From Felis catus (taxonomy: Eukaryota): 64,000 bases of DNA. The stretch covers positions 43,278,001 to 43,342,000 of the forward strand of contig NC_058368.1 in NCBI RefSeq assembly GCF_018350175.1. Reading direction: 5' to 3'. The position numbers and the translations under genes are program-made. The notes under the pieces were generated by a model that was not told the DNA's origin, made no database searches, and was given only the letters and a program-made list of their open reading frames with translations. Positions 52,215 through 64,000 of this stretch are shown here, piece after piece (positions within the stretch are counted from its first letter, which is position 1; every line of letters begins with the position of its first letter).

Positions 52215-52735
52215 TCAAGTTACTGTTGCTGCCTAACAAACAACTCCAACATTACTGGTGTAAAACAGAAAACATTTTATTATCATTATGGATTCTGTGA
52301 GTCAGGGACTTAGGACACAGAAAGAATGTCTCGGCTCTGCTTCCTACTTTATAGCTAAACTAAGAAGACCTGTCTGGAATGGCTGGTGATAACTTGATTT
52401 GTTTGAGAGTTGGTGAAATAGTACTGGAGTATTCAATCAGAGATAATTTCTTTATTGTTATGTTTGGGACCTTTAAGAATTGGCTAGAAATATGGGATTA
52501 GCTGGAATTATTCACAGAGTTTACATATAATATTTTCAGAACGGCAGTACTGGAGTAGTGGAACATCTTTCCTGATGGCTCAAAGTTCTGGCAAACAATG
52601 TAGAATCTGCATGACCTTTTAGACTTCAAAGTCATTTCTGCAGTTTGGTGTGAATCAAAGCAGTTCATTCATGTGAATTCATTCGTGTTCAAGAGTGTTT
52701 CAAGAAATTAGTAGTCAACCTTTAAAATTATCATG
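52215..52735 (-). mobile_element. Old MLT1 LTR
   Basis: tgttgctgcctaacaaacaactccaa...ggattctgtgagtcaggga. Confidence 0.7.
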
Positions 52736-52767
52736 TTGGAAGTTTTATTTTTATATATGAAATGCAG

Positions 52768-54304
52768 TGGTTCTGCTTCTCTAGAGAACTCTACTACAAA
52801 TTTTGGTACTTACAGTGGTTCTACAGGTACTGAATTTTTAGGATGAGTTTCCTGACTCAGTTTTAAGGTTTCTAAAATTGACTAATGTGATTAGATTTAA
52901 GACAAGAACAATTATTCCCAATACTAATTAGGGTCCTAGCAGTCCACTATATAAACTAGTCACAGAGATATGCAAAATATCTATATGGGATACTCCTAAT
53001 TTACCACTTACAAGAAGCAAGGATGAGCTCAGAAGTTTGAATTACCAGTTTAAGTAGTATAAAAAATTACCTGAAGGCTTCTATGTGTGCCCTGAGGGAG
53101 ACCCTTATCTCCTGAAGCTGCAGGATTGAGATTGCTAAAAAATCAAATAAAGAATCTCATCCTGTGGTTGGGTGAATTACAATGCAAATTCAACTCTCAG
53201 CTTGGCAGGGTGTTTACTTTTAAAGTGAGGGTACTGATTAGGGGGAAAAATGGTATCCTGTAAACTAGGATGGTGCCATATGGGAAGACCCTGATGAAGC
53301 TGGAGACATGAAGTCCCTAAATTCTGATGAGATTTTGCCAAGTGGCAGCACTCATCCACCAAAAGAAAGTTGGGAGTGGTTATCCTAATAGACAGGAGAG
53401 TTAAAATAGCAATCAGAAAAGTCTGACTCACATAGACCTATGGTATTCATGAACTAATCTTGGTGGTCCTATAAGTGAAATAGGTATAAAGCCAACTAAA
53501 TTTGTATTCGATTTGTATAAACCGAAAATCATGATATTAAGTGAAAAATAGTCTAGCTTGAATCATAAAAAGAGTCACAGTCCCTCAATCACTTCCCAGA
53601 CTTGAGCCAGTTTATAGAACCAGAACCCTTTAAGTGAAGGAGAGAATGGGTTTGCCTTGAGGAAAGACCCCAATACACTGCCAAAAATTTAAACTATCAG
53701 TTTTTCTGATAGTTTCCCAAGGGGACCTACAATATTTTACCAGGATAACTGTGCATGGGGAAAAAGGAAATAATCAGACGTCTTGGGGACTCCTAGACAA
53801 ACACTGGATCTAAAATGACTAATTCTGAGAGACTAAAACATCACTGTGGTTCACCAGTCAAAGTAGGGGCTTAAGGAGATCAGATGATCACTGGAATTTT
53901 AGCTTGGGTTCATTTCACAGTGCGCCCAGTGAGACCTCAAACACACCCTGTGGTTATTTCCTCAGTTTCCAAATGCATTATTAAAAAAAGATATATTCAG
54001 CAGCTAGCAGAAGGCCCACATAGGTTTGCTGACATATGAAGTGAGGGCTATGGAGTGAGAAAGACTAGATGGAAGACACTAGAACTGCCTTACCTAGGAA
54101 TACAGTAAATTAAAAGTAATACCACATTGAGGAGGGACTGCAGAGATTAGTGTCACTATCAAGGTCTTGAAGGATGCAGGAGTGGTGATTCCCACCATTT
54201 TCCCATTCAACTCCCCTATTTGGCCTGTGCAGAAGACAAATGGATATTGAAGAATAACAATAGATTATTCTAATTTTTTAAGTTTATTTATTTATTTTGA
54301 ATTA

Positions 54305-54341
<37 letters not shown>

Positions 54342-57300
54342 TGAGCAGGAGAGAGGCAAAGAGAGTGGGAGAGAGGAAATCCCAAGCAGGCTCCACTCTA
54401 TCAGTACAGAGCCCGATTTGAAGCTCAATCATATGAACCTTGAGATCATGACCTGAGCCAAAAATAACAGTCAGATGCTTAATCAACTGAGCCACTCAGG
54501 TGCCCCATAGACTATCCTAAATTTAACTAGGTGAGGACTTCAATTGCAGGTGGTATGCCAGATGTGGTTTCATTGTTGGAGCAAATTAACACATTTCCAG
54601 GTATCTGGTATTCAGTTATTGATCTAGAAAATGCCTTTCTTTCTCTCTTTCCCTGTCAATAAACCAACCAGAAGCAGTTTGTTTTCAGCTGGAAAAGGTA
54701 ATAATATACCCATACTGTCCTTATATCAAGAATATATCAACTCTCTAGCTCTATGTCATAATTTAGTTCACAAGAATCCTTCTCGTATTTTATTTCCACA
54801 AGATATAACAGTGGTCCATTACATTGACTACATTATGTTGGTTGAATCTAGTGAGGAAGAAGTAGAACCATATTAATTAAGTATTGGTGGTAGTACTTAT
54901 AGGTAAGATATTTGTGTGCCAGAGGTTGGAGAATAAGTCTGACAAAATTCACAGGTCTCTATTTCAATGAAATTTCTAGGGGTGTACTGGTGTGGGGCAT
55001 GTCAAGATATCCCATATAAGGTGAAAGATAATTTGTTGCATCTGGCATCTCCTACAACCAAAACAAAAAACCAAAACCAAAAAACAAAACAGCCACAGTG
55101 CCTAGTAGGGCTCTCAGAATTTTGGAGGCAACATATTCATCATTTGAGTGTGTTACTTTGGCCTATTTACTGAAAGATTTTAAAAGCTGTTAGTTTTAAG
55201 TGGTGCCCAGAATAAGAAATGGTGCTACAATAGGTCCAGGCTGCTAAATAAGCTGCTCTGTACCTTGGGCCATATCATCCAGGAGACTGAATAGTGCTTG
55301 AATTGTTAGTGACAAATAGGAATGATATTTGGAGTCTTTGGCCATCCCATAGGTGACTTGCAGAGCAGGTCTCTAGGACTTTAAAACAACACCATGACAT
55401 CATTGACAAATCTCTCCTTTTAGAAAGTGGTCTGGACCTGCTATTGGGCCTTAGTAGAGATTGACCACCATAGGCCATAAAGCTGGATATACACAGCAAC
55501 ACTGCATCATCAAATGGAGATGGTATGCATGTGATCACTAATGACCAGCCCCTCAAAGGACAAGTAAGTAACATGAAGAAGTGGCATGAATGCCCATGAT
55601 CTCTCCTTTTGCTACAGTGCCTTCTCTACCTGCCTGCATTATGGCCACATGAGGAATTTCCTATTATCAGTTGACAGAGGAAGATAAGACTCAGATCTGG
55701 TTTACACATGGTTCTACACAATTAAAAGGTACCATCTGAAAGTGGACAACTCAAGCTGTACAAACTCTTTCTGGGACATCCCTAAAAGAAATTTGTGAAA
55801 GGAAATCCTATTAGTGGCAGAACTTTGAGCAGTGCACCTGTTTACTTTCCTTAAAAAAATACATGGTCATATGTGCAAGTATATACTGACTGATGGGTTA
55901 TGACCGACCAATGGTTTGGGTGGATGGTCAGGGACTTGGAAACATGAATGGAAAAATGGTGTAAATATGTGAAGTATATAGACTAGCTTTTCTGAATAGT
56001 TAAAAAATATGAAGATATTTGTGCTCCAGTGACTGCTCACCAAAGAATAACCTTAGCAGAGGAGGATTTTAATACTTAGATTAATAGGATGACTCATTCT
56101 GTGAATACCAGCCAACCTTTTTCTCCAGCTATCCCTGTCATTATCCAAAGTGTTCATGAAAAGCATTACCATGGTGGCAGGGATGGAGGTTATGCAGAGA
56201 CTCAGCAAAATGTTCTTCAACTCACCAAAGCCAACTTGGCTACAGCTACCACTGAGTTCCCAATCCTCCAACAGCAGAGACTAACACGAAGTCCTTGATA
56301 TGGCATTATTTCACAGAAAGATCAGTCAGCTACCTTGTGGTAAGTTGATTACTTTGGACCACTTCCACCATGGGAAGGACACACTTTTTCTACTGGAATA
56401 GACACTAACTCTAAATATAGATTTGTCTTCCTTACACACAATGTGCTGCCAAACTAACATCCATGTCCATGTACTTACAGAATGTTTTATCTACTGTCAA
56501 ATTATTCCACATGGTATTATCTCTGATCAAGAAATTAACTTCACAGCACATAAAAAAAGAAATAAACAAAGAAAAGAAGAGAAAAGAAAAGAAGAGAAAA
56601 GAAAAGAAAAAAGCAAACAAACAAAATCTGCAGCAATGGGCCCATACTCATGGAATCCATTGTCCTTACCATTACTGTTCACCATCCTGGAGCAGCTGCT
56701 TTTGTAGAATGGCCTTTTAAAGATTTAGTTACAGCACGAACCAGGTGGCATTACCTCACAGGGTCATGGCAAGGTTCTCCAAAAGGCTCTATATGCTCTG
56801 AATCAGCATCTAATACATGGTGCTGTTTGTCTCATAGCCAAAATTCATGGGTCCCAGAATCAAATGATGGGAATGGGAGTTACACCACTTACTATTACTA
56901 TTTTTGTTTCCTCTTCCCATGAGCTTATCCTCTTCTGGTCCTGAAGTCTTCGTTTCAAATGGAGGAATGCTTCCAGGAGACTCAACATGATTCTATTGAA
57001 CTGGAACTTAAGACTGCTGCCCAGTCACTTTAGACTGCTCATGCCTCTTAATTAAGTAAAGAAGATAGCTACTGTGCTGGCTCAGGTGACTGATCTTATC
57101 TATCAGTGGAGAAATTGAACTGTACAATGTTCTACTGTACAATGGAGGTAAGAAAAAGTATGTCTGGAATACAGGAGATAGCGTAGGGTATTTCTCAGTG
57201 TTACCATGCTCTGTGATTAAGGTCAACAGAAAACTACAACAACCCAAACTAGGCAGGACTACAACAACCCAAACTATGGGCATGACCCATATACTTGAGG

Positions 57301-58055
57301 AATAAAGTTTTGGGTCAATACCCCCAGGTAAAAAATCATGACCAGCTAATGTACTTGCTGAAGGCAAACACACCCCTCCCTCTCCCCGCCCCCCAACATA
57401 AAGCCACAGAATGTGTAATGAAAAAAGGTAGTTACAATTACCAGTTACAACCACATGACTGATTACAGCAATGAGGACTTGAACTGCAATGAGTATTCCT
57501 CATCATTATGTGTGTTTATGTGTGAACTTGACTGGATGGCACGAAGCCTAGGTATCTGATTACTGATTAAACATTATTTCTGGTTATATCCACAAAAATG
57601 TTTCTGGATCCATTTGAATCAGTAGACTGAGTGAACAGGATTGCCCTCCCTAATATGCATGGGCATTATCCAATCCAATGAGGACACCAATAAAACAAAA
57701 AGGTGCAGAAAGAAAGGATTCACACTATCTGTCTGAATGCCTCAGCCAGGACATTGATATTCTCCCTTCAGCTCCCCTTTTTGTGACCTTCAGGTTCAGA
57801 TGAGAATCAACACCATGAACTCTCTGGTTCTCAGGAGAGAACTACACCTCTGGTTTTCCTGGGTCTCCAGCTTATTGACGGCAGATTGTGGAAATTCTCC
57901 ATAATCACATGAGACAATACCTTATAATAAATCAATCTCTCTCTCTCTCTTTCTTTCCCTCCACTTCTCTATTTACTATTCCAATTGGTTCTGCCTGTTT
58001 TTTGTTTGTTTTTGTTTTTTTGTTTTTTTGTTTTTGAAAACCTTGATTAATCCAC
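52768..58055 (+). mobile_element. Decayed ERV-L provirus: 3' stub of 5' MLT2 LTR, gag-pro-pol(RT/RNaseH/IN)-dUTPase remnants (52801 to ~57505), 3' MLT2 LTR (~57510-58055)
   Basis: ttttggtac after LTR end; LLD/TG protease ~53790; VVHYIDYIML RT 54811-54840; W*VDYFGPLP integrase ~56338; dUTPase-like ~56970-57100. Confidence 0.9.
54273..54506 (-). mobile_element. Can-SINE inside ERV-L pol
   Basis: TSD ataga(t/c)tat(t/c)ctaa. Confidence 0.93.
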
Positions 58056-58237
58056 TAAGGAATGTTAAGTGTAAGGACCATAGATTTAGTTGATTTCCTC
58101 AGGACAACTACAAATAAGTGGCAGAGGCAGGACATGACACTACATAGTCTTTTTTTTTTTTTTTTTAATTTCTCTGTTACTTTCAGAATAGAAGGAATGA
58201 AAAAGAATGGGTTATGGCTCAAATCAGTTCACTTCTT

Positions 58238-58460
58238 TTTTATTAAAAATTTTTTTTTCAACTTTTATTTTATTTTTGGGACAGAGAGAGAGAGCATGAA
58301 CGGGGGAGGGGCAGAGAGAGAGGGAGACACAGAATCGGAAGCAGGCTCCAGGCTCTGAGCCATCAGCCCAGAGCCCGACGCGGGGCTCGAACTCACAGAC
58401 CGCGAGATCGTGACCTGGCTGAAGTCGGACGCTTAACCGACTGCGCCACCCAGGCGCCCC
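58238..58460 (-). mobile_element. Young feline Can-SINE
   Basis: TSD tcagttcacttctt 58224-58237 and 58461-58474; CpGs intact. Confidence 0.97.
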
Positions 58461-59009
58461 TCAGTTCACTTCTTAACATGACTGAATTTACTATGAAAAG
58501 GAAAAAAAAAAAAAGGTGAGACAGAAAGCCTGACGTAAACTTCTATCCATTATGCTGTTTCTGAGTTTTTGTTTTTGTTTTTTGTTCTTTGGTATTTTGT
58601 TGTTTTTTGTTTTTTTGTTTCTGTTTTTGTTTTTGGTTTTTTTTGGATATAGATGAAGCTTTTTGAGAAGCTCTTTCTCTTGACATACTGGATTATATTT
58701 TGTTTGGTAAATCTTTCCTCTAATCATGTACTCTGCTCTACAAATAACTTATACAATTATCAAGGATAAAATAATCATTTTTTGTTTATACCACTTTCTA
58801 ACATTGCCCACATGACCTCATAAATGCTATTAATTCCATTAATTATATAAAACATAAAGTTATTTCAAAACAATTCACCTGCTGTTTATGTTTATTTTTG
58901 TGTGCATGTATGTGTTCAAATATGAAAACTTCACACATTATTAAAGATTTTGCATTTATATCAAATGCTCAAAATTACAGATTAATTCAAATGTGAATAA
59001 AAACTCAGC

Positions 59010-59847
59010 TGTGGGGGATAAGCTTAGGAATCCCCCAGGCTTACACCAATGGGTTAACAAGGCACAAAGAAATACAAAGTCAATAAAATGTTCACACCTG
59101 AGTTTGGGTAAACCAGACTGGCACTCCAAGAATAAGGGGGTGCAAAGACACCCTGAGAATATAGAGGCACAAAGGTGCCAGGAATAGGGAGGTACAAAAC
59201 ACCCCAAAATAGGGAGGGGGTGCTGAGCCCCCCAAAATAGAGAGATGCAAAGACCTGAAATATAAATGGTGCAAAGGTACCCAATACATAGGAATAACAA
59301 GATTAGATATTCAGGGTGAAAGCACCCCAAATTTAGTACTATAGCAGAAAGCTGCTTTCATAGAAGAATAGGGCCAGGTTAGGTAAATTGGTGAATTGGA
59401 CTTTGGACCGCTGCGCTCCAGGCAAAGCAGCCCTGAGTGGAGATGGTTAACAAAAGAAAAGGTGCCTTATTAACCCTGCAGTTATTCCCCCTATCTGTCT
59501 CATCTAGGCTGGCAAAGATAAACAGGCACTGGGCCTCCTGTCTGCTGTTAACAACCATCTACCCATCTGCCACTGCCTGGATTTTGTTTTATATTGACCC
59601 AAACCCCAAACACTGTATATCTTCAAAATCCTCTTTTCCCCTTCACATCCACAAGTTAATGTTCCTAGTTTCTTTATGTCTTTGTACATACCCATCACCT
59701 TTGCAAGCCTTCTGATATGAATAAATACGGGGCAAGGACCCTTATTCAGGGCTCTAGTCTTTTTCCCGGACATTAGCCATCTCTCTTTTTAATCCTGTGT
59801 CCGCTCTTCCGCTAGACAAAAGAGAACTTTAGACAGAGTCTATGACA
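59010..59847 (+). mobile_element. Solo ERV LTR (838 bp), 6-bp TSD, same family as 4836-5471
   Basis: tgtgggggataag...ctatgaca; TSD ctcagc 59004-59009 and 59848-59853. Confidence 0.9.
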
Positions 59848-59934
59848 CTCAGCAAATGTAGTTTCTCAGTTATTACCAATATTAAATAGACATTCCATAA
59901 TAATCAGGACAAAATAGAATGTCCATTTAGCATT

Positions 59935-60148
59935 TAAAAATTTTTTTAATGTTTAATTATTTTTGAGAGACACAGAGACATAATGTAGTGGGTTAGGGGC
60001 AGAGAGAGAGGAAGACACAGAATCCAAAGCAGGCTCCAGGCTCCGAGCTGTCAGCACAGAGCCCAAGGCAGGGCTCGAACTCACCAGCTGTGAGATCATG
60101 ACTTGAGTGGAACTCAGATGCATAACCAACTGAGCCACCCAGGCGCCC
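59935..60148 (-). mobile_element. Can-SINE
   Basis: Canonical reverse structure. Confidence 0.94.
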
Positions 60149-60256
60149 CTGCCCACTTAATATTTTAAAGGCTTTTGTTTTCCTTAAATAATCAAAAAAT
60201 AAATGTCTTACATTTTTATTAATATAGCACTGTCTTGGAAACAAAATAATCGTCCA

Positions 60257-60450
60257 GGGGCTCCTGGATGGTGTCTGACTTCGGCTCAGATCATCATCCA
60301 ATGGTTCTTGAGTTCAAGCCTGCTTCAGGCTGTCAGCGCACAACCCACTTTGAATCCTCTTCCCCCTTCTCTCCCTGTCCCTCCCTCGCTTGTGCTCTTT
60401 CTCTCAAAAAACAAACAAAAAAAACTTAAAAAAAAAAAAAAAGAAAGAAA
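60257..60450 (+). mobile_element. Can-SINE, partly deleted head
   Basis: ggggctcctggatgg...CT tract, A tail. Confidence 0.88.
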
Positions 60451-60739
60451 AGAATCCTCCATATTGCTTGCCTTTTTATTTAAAGTTATCTTAGGCCACA
60501 GAGAAGCTATAGAGTAAATATATAGAATTTTATGATTTATAAAACATTCTTTTCCAATTATTTATTGAGTAAAATCAGTGAATTGGGTGAAGTTTCATTA
60601 AAGAGTATGGAAAAACAATGCTCATTTCAGCAGTATACAGTTTGCCTCAGTTAACACAACACATAGACTGTGATATGTAACAGATGGTGGTATAAAAGCA
60701 AAGTAGTGTTTCCCTTTTGGTACTTTTATATTTATGTGC

Positions 60740-60861
60740 CTATTTATTGGGGGAAGAAAACGGCTAATCTGCAAATTTTTTTTAAGAGAAATGGAGTTTT
60801 AAGAGAAAATTTCTACAGACAGGACTGCTATTTTGCATGTTATATTGAAGCTACTAAAAAC
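60740..60861 (-). pseudogene. Tentative upstream exon VFSSFNITCKIAVLSVEIFS*NSISLKKNLQISRFLPPIN (122 nt, phase 0 to 2)
   Basis: Strong acceptor ttttatttttatttctatag; GC-type or decayed donor; phase fits the 49263 exon. Confidence 0.3.
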
Positions 60862-61042
60862 CTATAGAAATAAAAATAAAATTTCTTAAATTCACAGTCT
60901 GCAGGGTATAGCAATGGAAGAAACGGCAAGGGCATTTGTAAAGTTTCGACTGTGTTTGCAAAACCATGCTTAAATTCCACACTTCCTCAGTCTTTCCACT
61001 GAAGCTTGGTATATAACGAATTAACTGGCTTATCTTTGTTTT

Positions 61043-61268
61043 CTAAAAATTTTTAAAATGTTTTCTTTATTTTTGAGACAGAGAGAATATGGGCATGAAC
61101 AGGGGAGGGGCAGAGAGAGAGGGAGACACAGAATCCAAAGCAGGTTTCAGGTTCTGAGCTGTCAGCACAGAGCCCGATGCGGGGCCTGAACTCACAAACT
61201 GACAAACTGTGAGATCATGACCTGAGCCAAAGTCAGATACTTAACTGACAGAGCCACCCAGGCGTCCC
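61043..61268 (-). mobile_element. Can-SINE
   Basis: TSD tggcttatctttgtttt 61026-61042 and 61269-61285. Confidence 0.96.
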
Positions 61269-61318
61269 TGGCTTATCTTTGTTTTTAACAAAGAACAGTA
61301 TTATGTCAAATTAACTCT

Positions 61319-61319
<1 letters not shown>

Positions 61320-61371
<52 letters not shown>
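61320..61371. repeat. (TG)n microsatellite
   Basis: Long TG run. Confidence 0.98.
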
Positions 61372-61373
<2 letters not shown>

Positions 61374-62381
61374 GGGGATCCTTAACCCTGAAACAAATGA
61401 ACTCAAACACACAATTAGAGAATACCACTGATTCTCTATCTTGTGTACAATCTAATGCACTTACATTTATATTTTTTTCTTACAGTTTTCACAAGTTTAA
61501 TTTTATTTTCTTAAATAAAGAAATTGAAGTTTAAAAAGGAATTTATCTAAATTTACAGAGTAGGTATGTGGTGGTCCTGGGGTTATGCTTTACTGTATAA
61601 TTTTTAGAAATATGGCACAAAAATCAAATTTCAGTAGTCAACTTTGACTTTATATTTTGAGGTCTTGTTATTTTTTTAAAAAATTTGGAATGAATTAATT
61701 ACTCAAGCATGAACAGATGTAGATTGTTATGACATTAATAAAGTTTTGGCTTTAGGATCTCTATACTCGCTTACTTAAAACCTTCTAAACTGGGCACATT
61801 TTTCCATATGACCCACTAGATTCTAATTCTATTATATTTCAGAACCCCTGCTTTTAGGTTCTCCATGTTATCATGTGGAGATATAATAATCTACTGTCCT
61901 CATGCTTTAAAAGAATCGGTAGCCATCTTGAAAAAAAAAAGAGAGAGCAATGTGGTGATAACTATGCATTCTGTCCCTCAGAATAATATACTTTAAATTA
62001 TTTTTCAAGTGGTTCTCAGACTTCAGCTCTATAGAACATTTCCAAACTCTGACCTTGCATGTAAGAGACTTGAGAGCCAGGATTGTGTGTTATTCATCAT
62101 TTCACTCTGAGTATCTAGAACAGTGTTTACCAATAAATACCTTGATAAGCTGAAATGTCCCTCGTTTATTTCAGACAAGAATAAAAAGGTTAGTGTACTG
62201 AAGGCTCTACAGATTTGTGAGTGAATAAGAACTCTTCAGAAACAGTAATTATTTCCACCACTAATCACCTAAGAATGAAAGCTGTGCATCTTTTCATGTA
62301 TTGGATAGGGGATCAATATGGGTGGATTTAAATAAGAGGGGAATAAATGTTATACTTACCTTGATCACAACATAAATTACA

Positions 62382-62416
62382 TTTTTTTACATTTATTTAT
62401 TTAGTTATTGAGAGAC

Positions 62417-62464
<48 letters not shown>

Positions 62465-62632
62465 AGAATGAGCAGGGGAGGGATAGAGAGAGAGAGAGGG
62501 AGAGAGAGAATCCGAAGCAAGCTCCACATTGTCGAGTTCGATACAGGGCTCTATCTCATGAACTGTGAGATAATGACCTGAGCTGAAATCAAGAGTTGGA
62601 CGCTTAACTGACTGAGCCACCTAGGAGTCCCC
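62382..62632 (-). mobile_element. Can-SINE with expanded (CT)n
   Basis: Reverse SINE. Confidence 0.93.
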
Positions 62633-64000
62633 ATAAAATAAATATCAAATTGAATATATGTCTACTTTATAGATGCTGACTGGGAATGAGAAAAGTAAGA
62701 CCTGAAGAGTACACTACAATCTGTAGATATAATTAATAGGCCAAATTATATGATGTCATGTTATTTTCTGTACAAATTTCTATGGATCTGGATATATGCA
62801 TGTGGCTTCCATGCTTAGGTTTTACTGCACCATAAAATAGTACACGTTTCTTCCCCTATTTCTTTGTTTACTAATATGCAATACTTTTACTACTAACAAA
62901 CATGCACAAACACACCCACACCTATAACATGCACATACACACTTTTTTTTTTTTCATTTTTGTACTAGGCTTTTCATCTGTTGGGATCTTTATGTCTCCT
63001 AATTTGAGATTTTAGCATTATTAGAGCTTCAGTAAAATAGCATTAATAATCTGATTAAGTTTGTACATTCAATTCAAAGAGCAAAAAATTTTTAATGGAA
63101 AAATCTCAAATATATTACTTTTAAAAATCCCTAGTTCATCAACTTCTTAAAAAGACAATTCAGAGAAGAACCCAGTCAACCATGCAAAAATTGATGAGCA
63201 CAGGGCAGGGAGAGTCAGAAGAATTAGAGACTTAGTACAAAATCTAATGTCATATACACACAAAATGGCTCTTATATTTTAAGGATCTAAAACATGTTGA
63301 ATTACTTTGGTGAGGTTGACAGGAATAATAGTGCTGAAGCCAGAATTTTATTACTAAATATATTAAAACATAAAACATTATGTAACAAAGCAATGGTAAT
63401 TCTTACAGCACTATTTAAAAATTATTCTATTGGATACAGTGTAGCAGATACCATCTTATCTTGATGTTGTTCCCTGCTACTAATAAAATAAAGGTATTAA
63501 AGAATACAAAGTACCCTGAGCTGACCCTGACCAACCACATCCTTAGACTCAATACCTAAGCAAAACAAACCACATGCTTTCTCAACCCTGTGACTGTACA
63601 AGATGTTCGCTCCATAGCAAATCACCCCCTAATCTCAATCTGTTTTGCTCACTCATCATCCACATGATAAAACTTCAGCATCAATATCTCTGGGTAAGCC
63701 TTTTTTATGAGACCCATGGTGAACTAAACACTTCCCAATTTCCCCTACTAGACTACGAGCTCCGTGATGTCATAGGTTATTTCTTTCTTCCGCTAACCTG
63801 GCATAAGGTAAAAAGAGAAGCATCTCTCCCTACCTACTAATTTAAACATGTTTCCTTCTGTGTTTAGGACCAACTTCTTCCAAAGATGAATACTCATCCC
63901 AACAGGGAGAAAATACCTCTTCTTGTGATTTTGCAGGCACAGCATAGGGTATATATAATAAAGAATTCGTTATTATATAAATAAATTACATTTTTTTCCT

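Noticed and set aside
54631..57454. ORFs up to 148 aa
   Set aside because: Fragments or antisense frames of decayed ERV-L pol
58956..59330. Regularly spaced short repeats and a 124-aa ORF (superficially array-like)
   Set aside because: Degenerate tandem units inside an LTR; no constant repeat with unique spacers, no cas genes, mammalian DNA

Overview
AT-rich mammalian genomic DNA from a felid (feline-type Can-SINEs, felid/carnivore L1 3' ends). Much of the window is interspersed repeats: about 20 Can-SINEs, several L1s, MaLR/MLT1, MLT2/ERV-L, MER34, MER67, two related solo LTRs with 6-bp TSDs, and L2/MIR. No intact protein-coding gene, RNA gene or CRISPR array is supported, and most of the ORF track is repeat-derived or spurious. 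Main discovery: a chain of about 14-17 exon-like segments on the minus strand (core 7525-49263, tentatively 44-63948). Most have AG/GT boundaries and matching splice phases, and they carry many stops, a few frameshifts and two broken acceptors. The spliced translation is collinear with the C-terminal glycosyltransferase (TAGT-type) domain of GREB1/GREB1L, which suggests a long-dead, unprocessed pseudogene of a divergent GREB1-family paralog. Its introns also hold amniote-age fossils (a DIRS tyrosine-recombinase relic and an ancient L2 RT fragment), a paired RFX X-box inverted repeat, a CTCF motif, and a 5'-intact, 3'-truncated L1 with a clean TSD. Family assignments were made by eye against remembered consensus sequences and need database confirmation.
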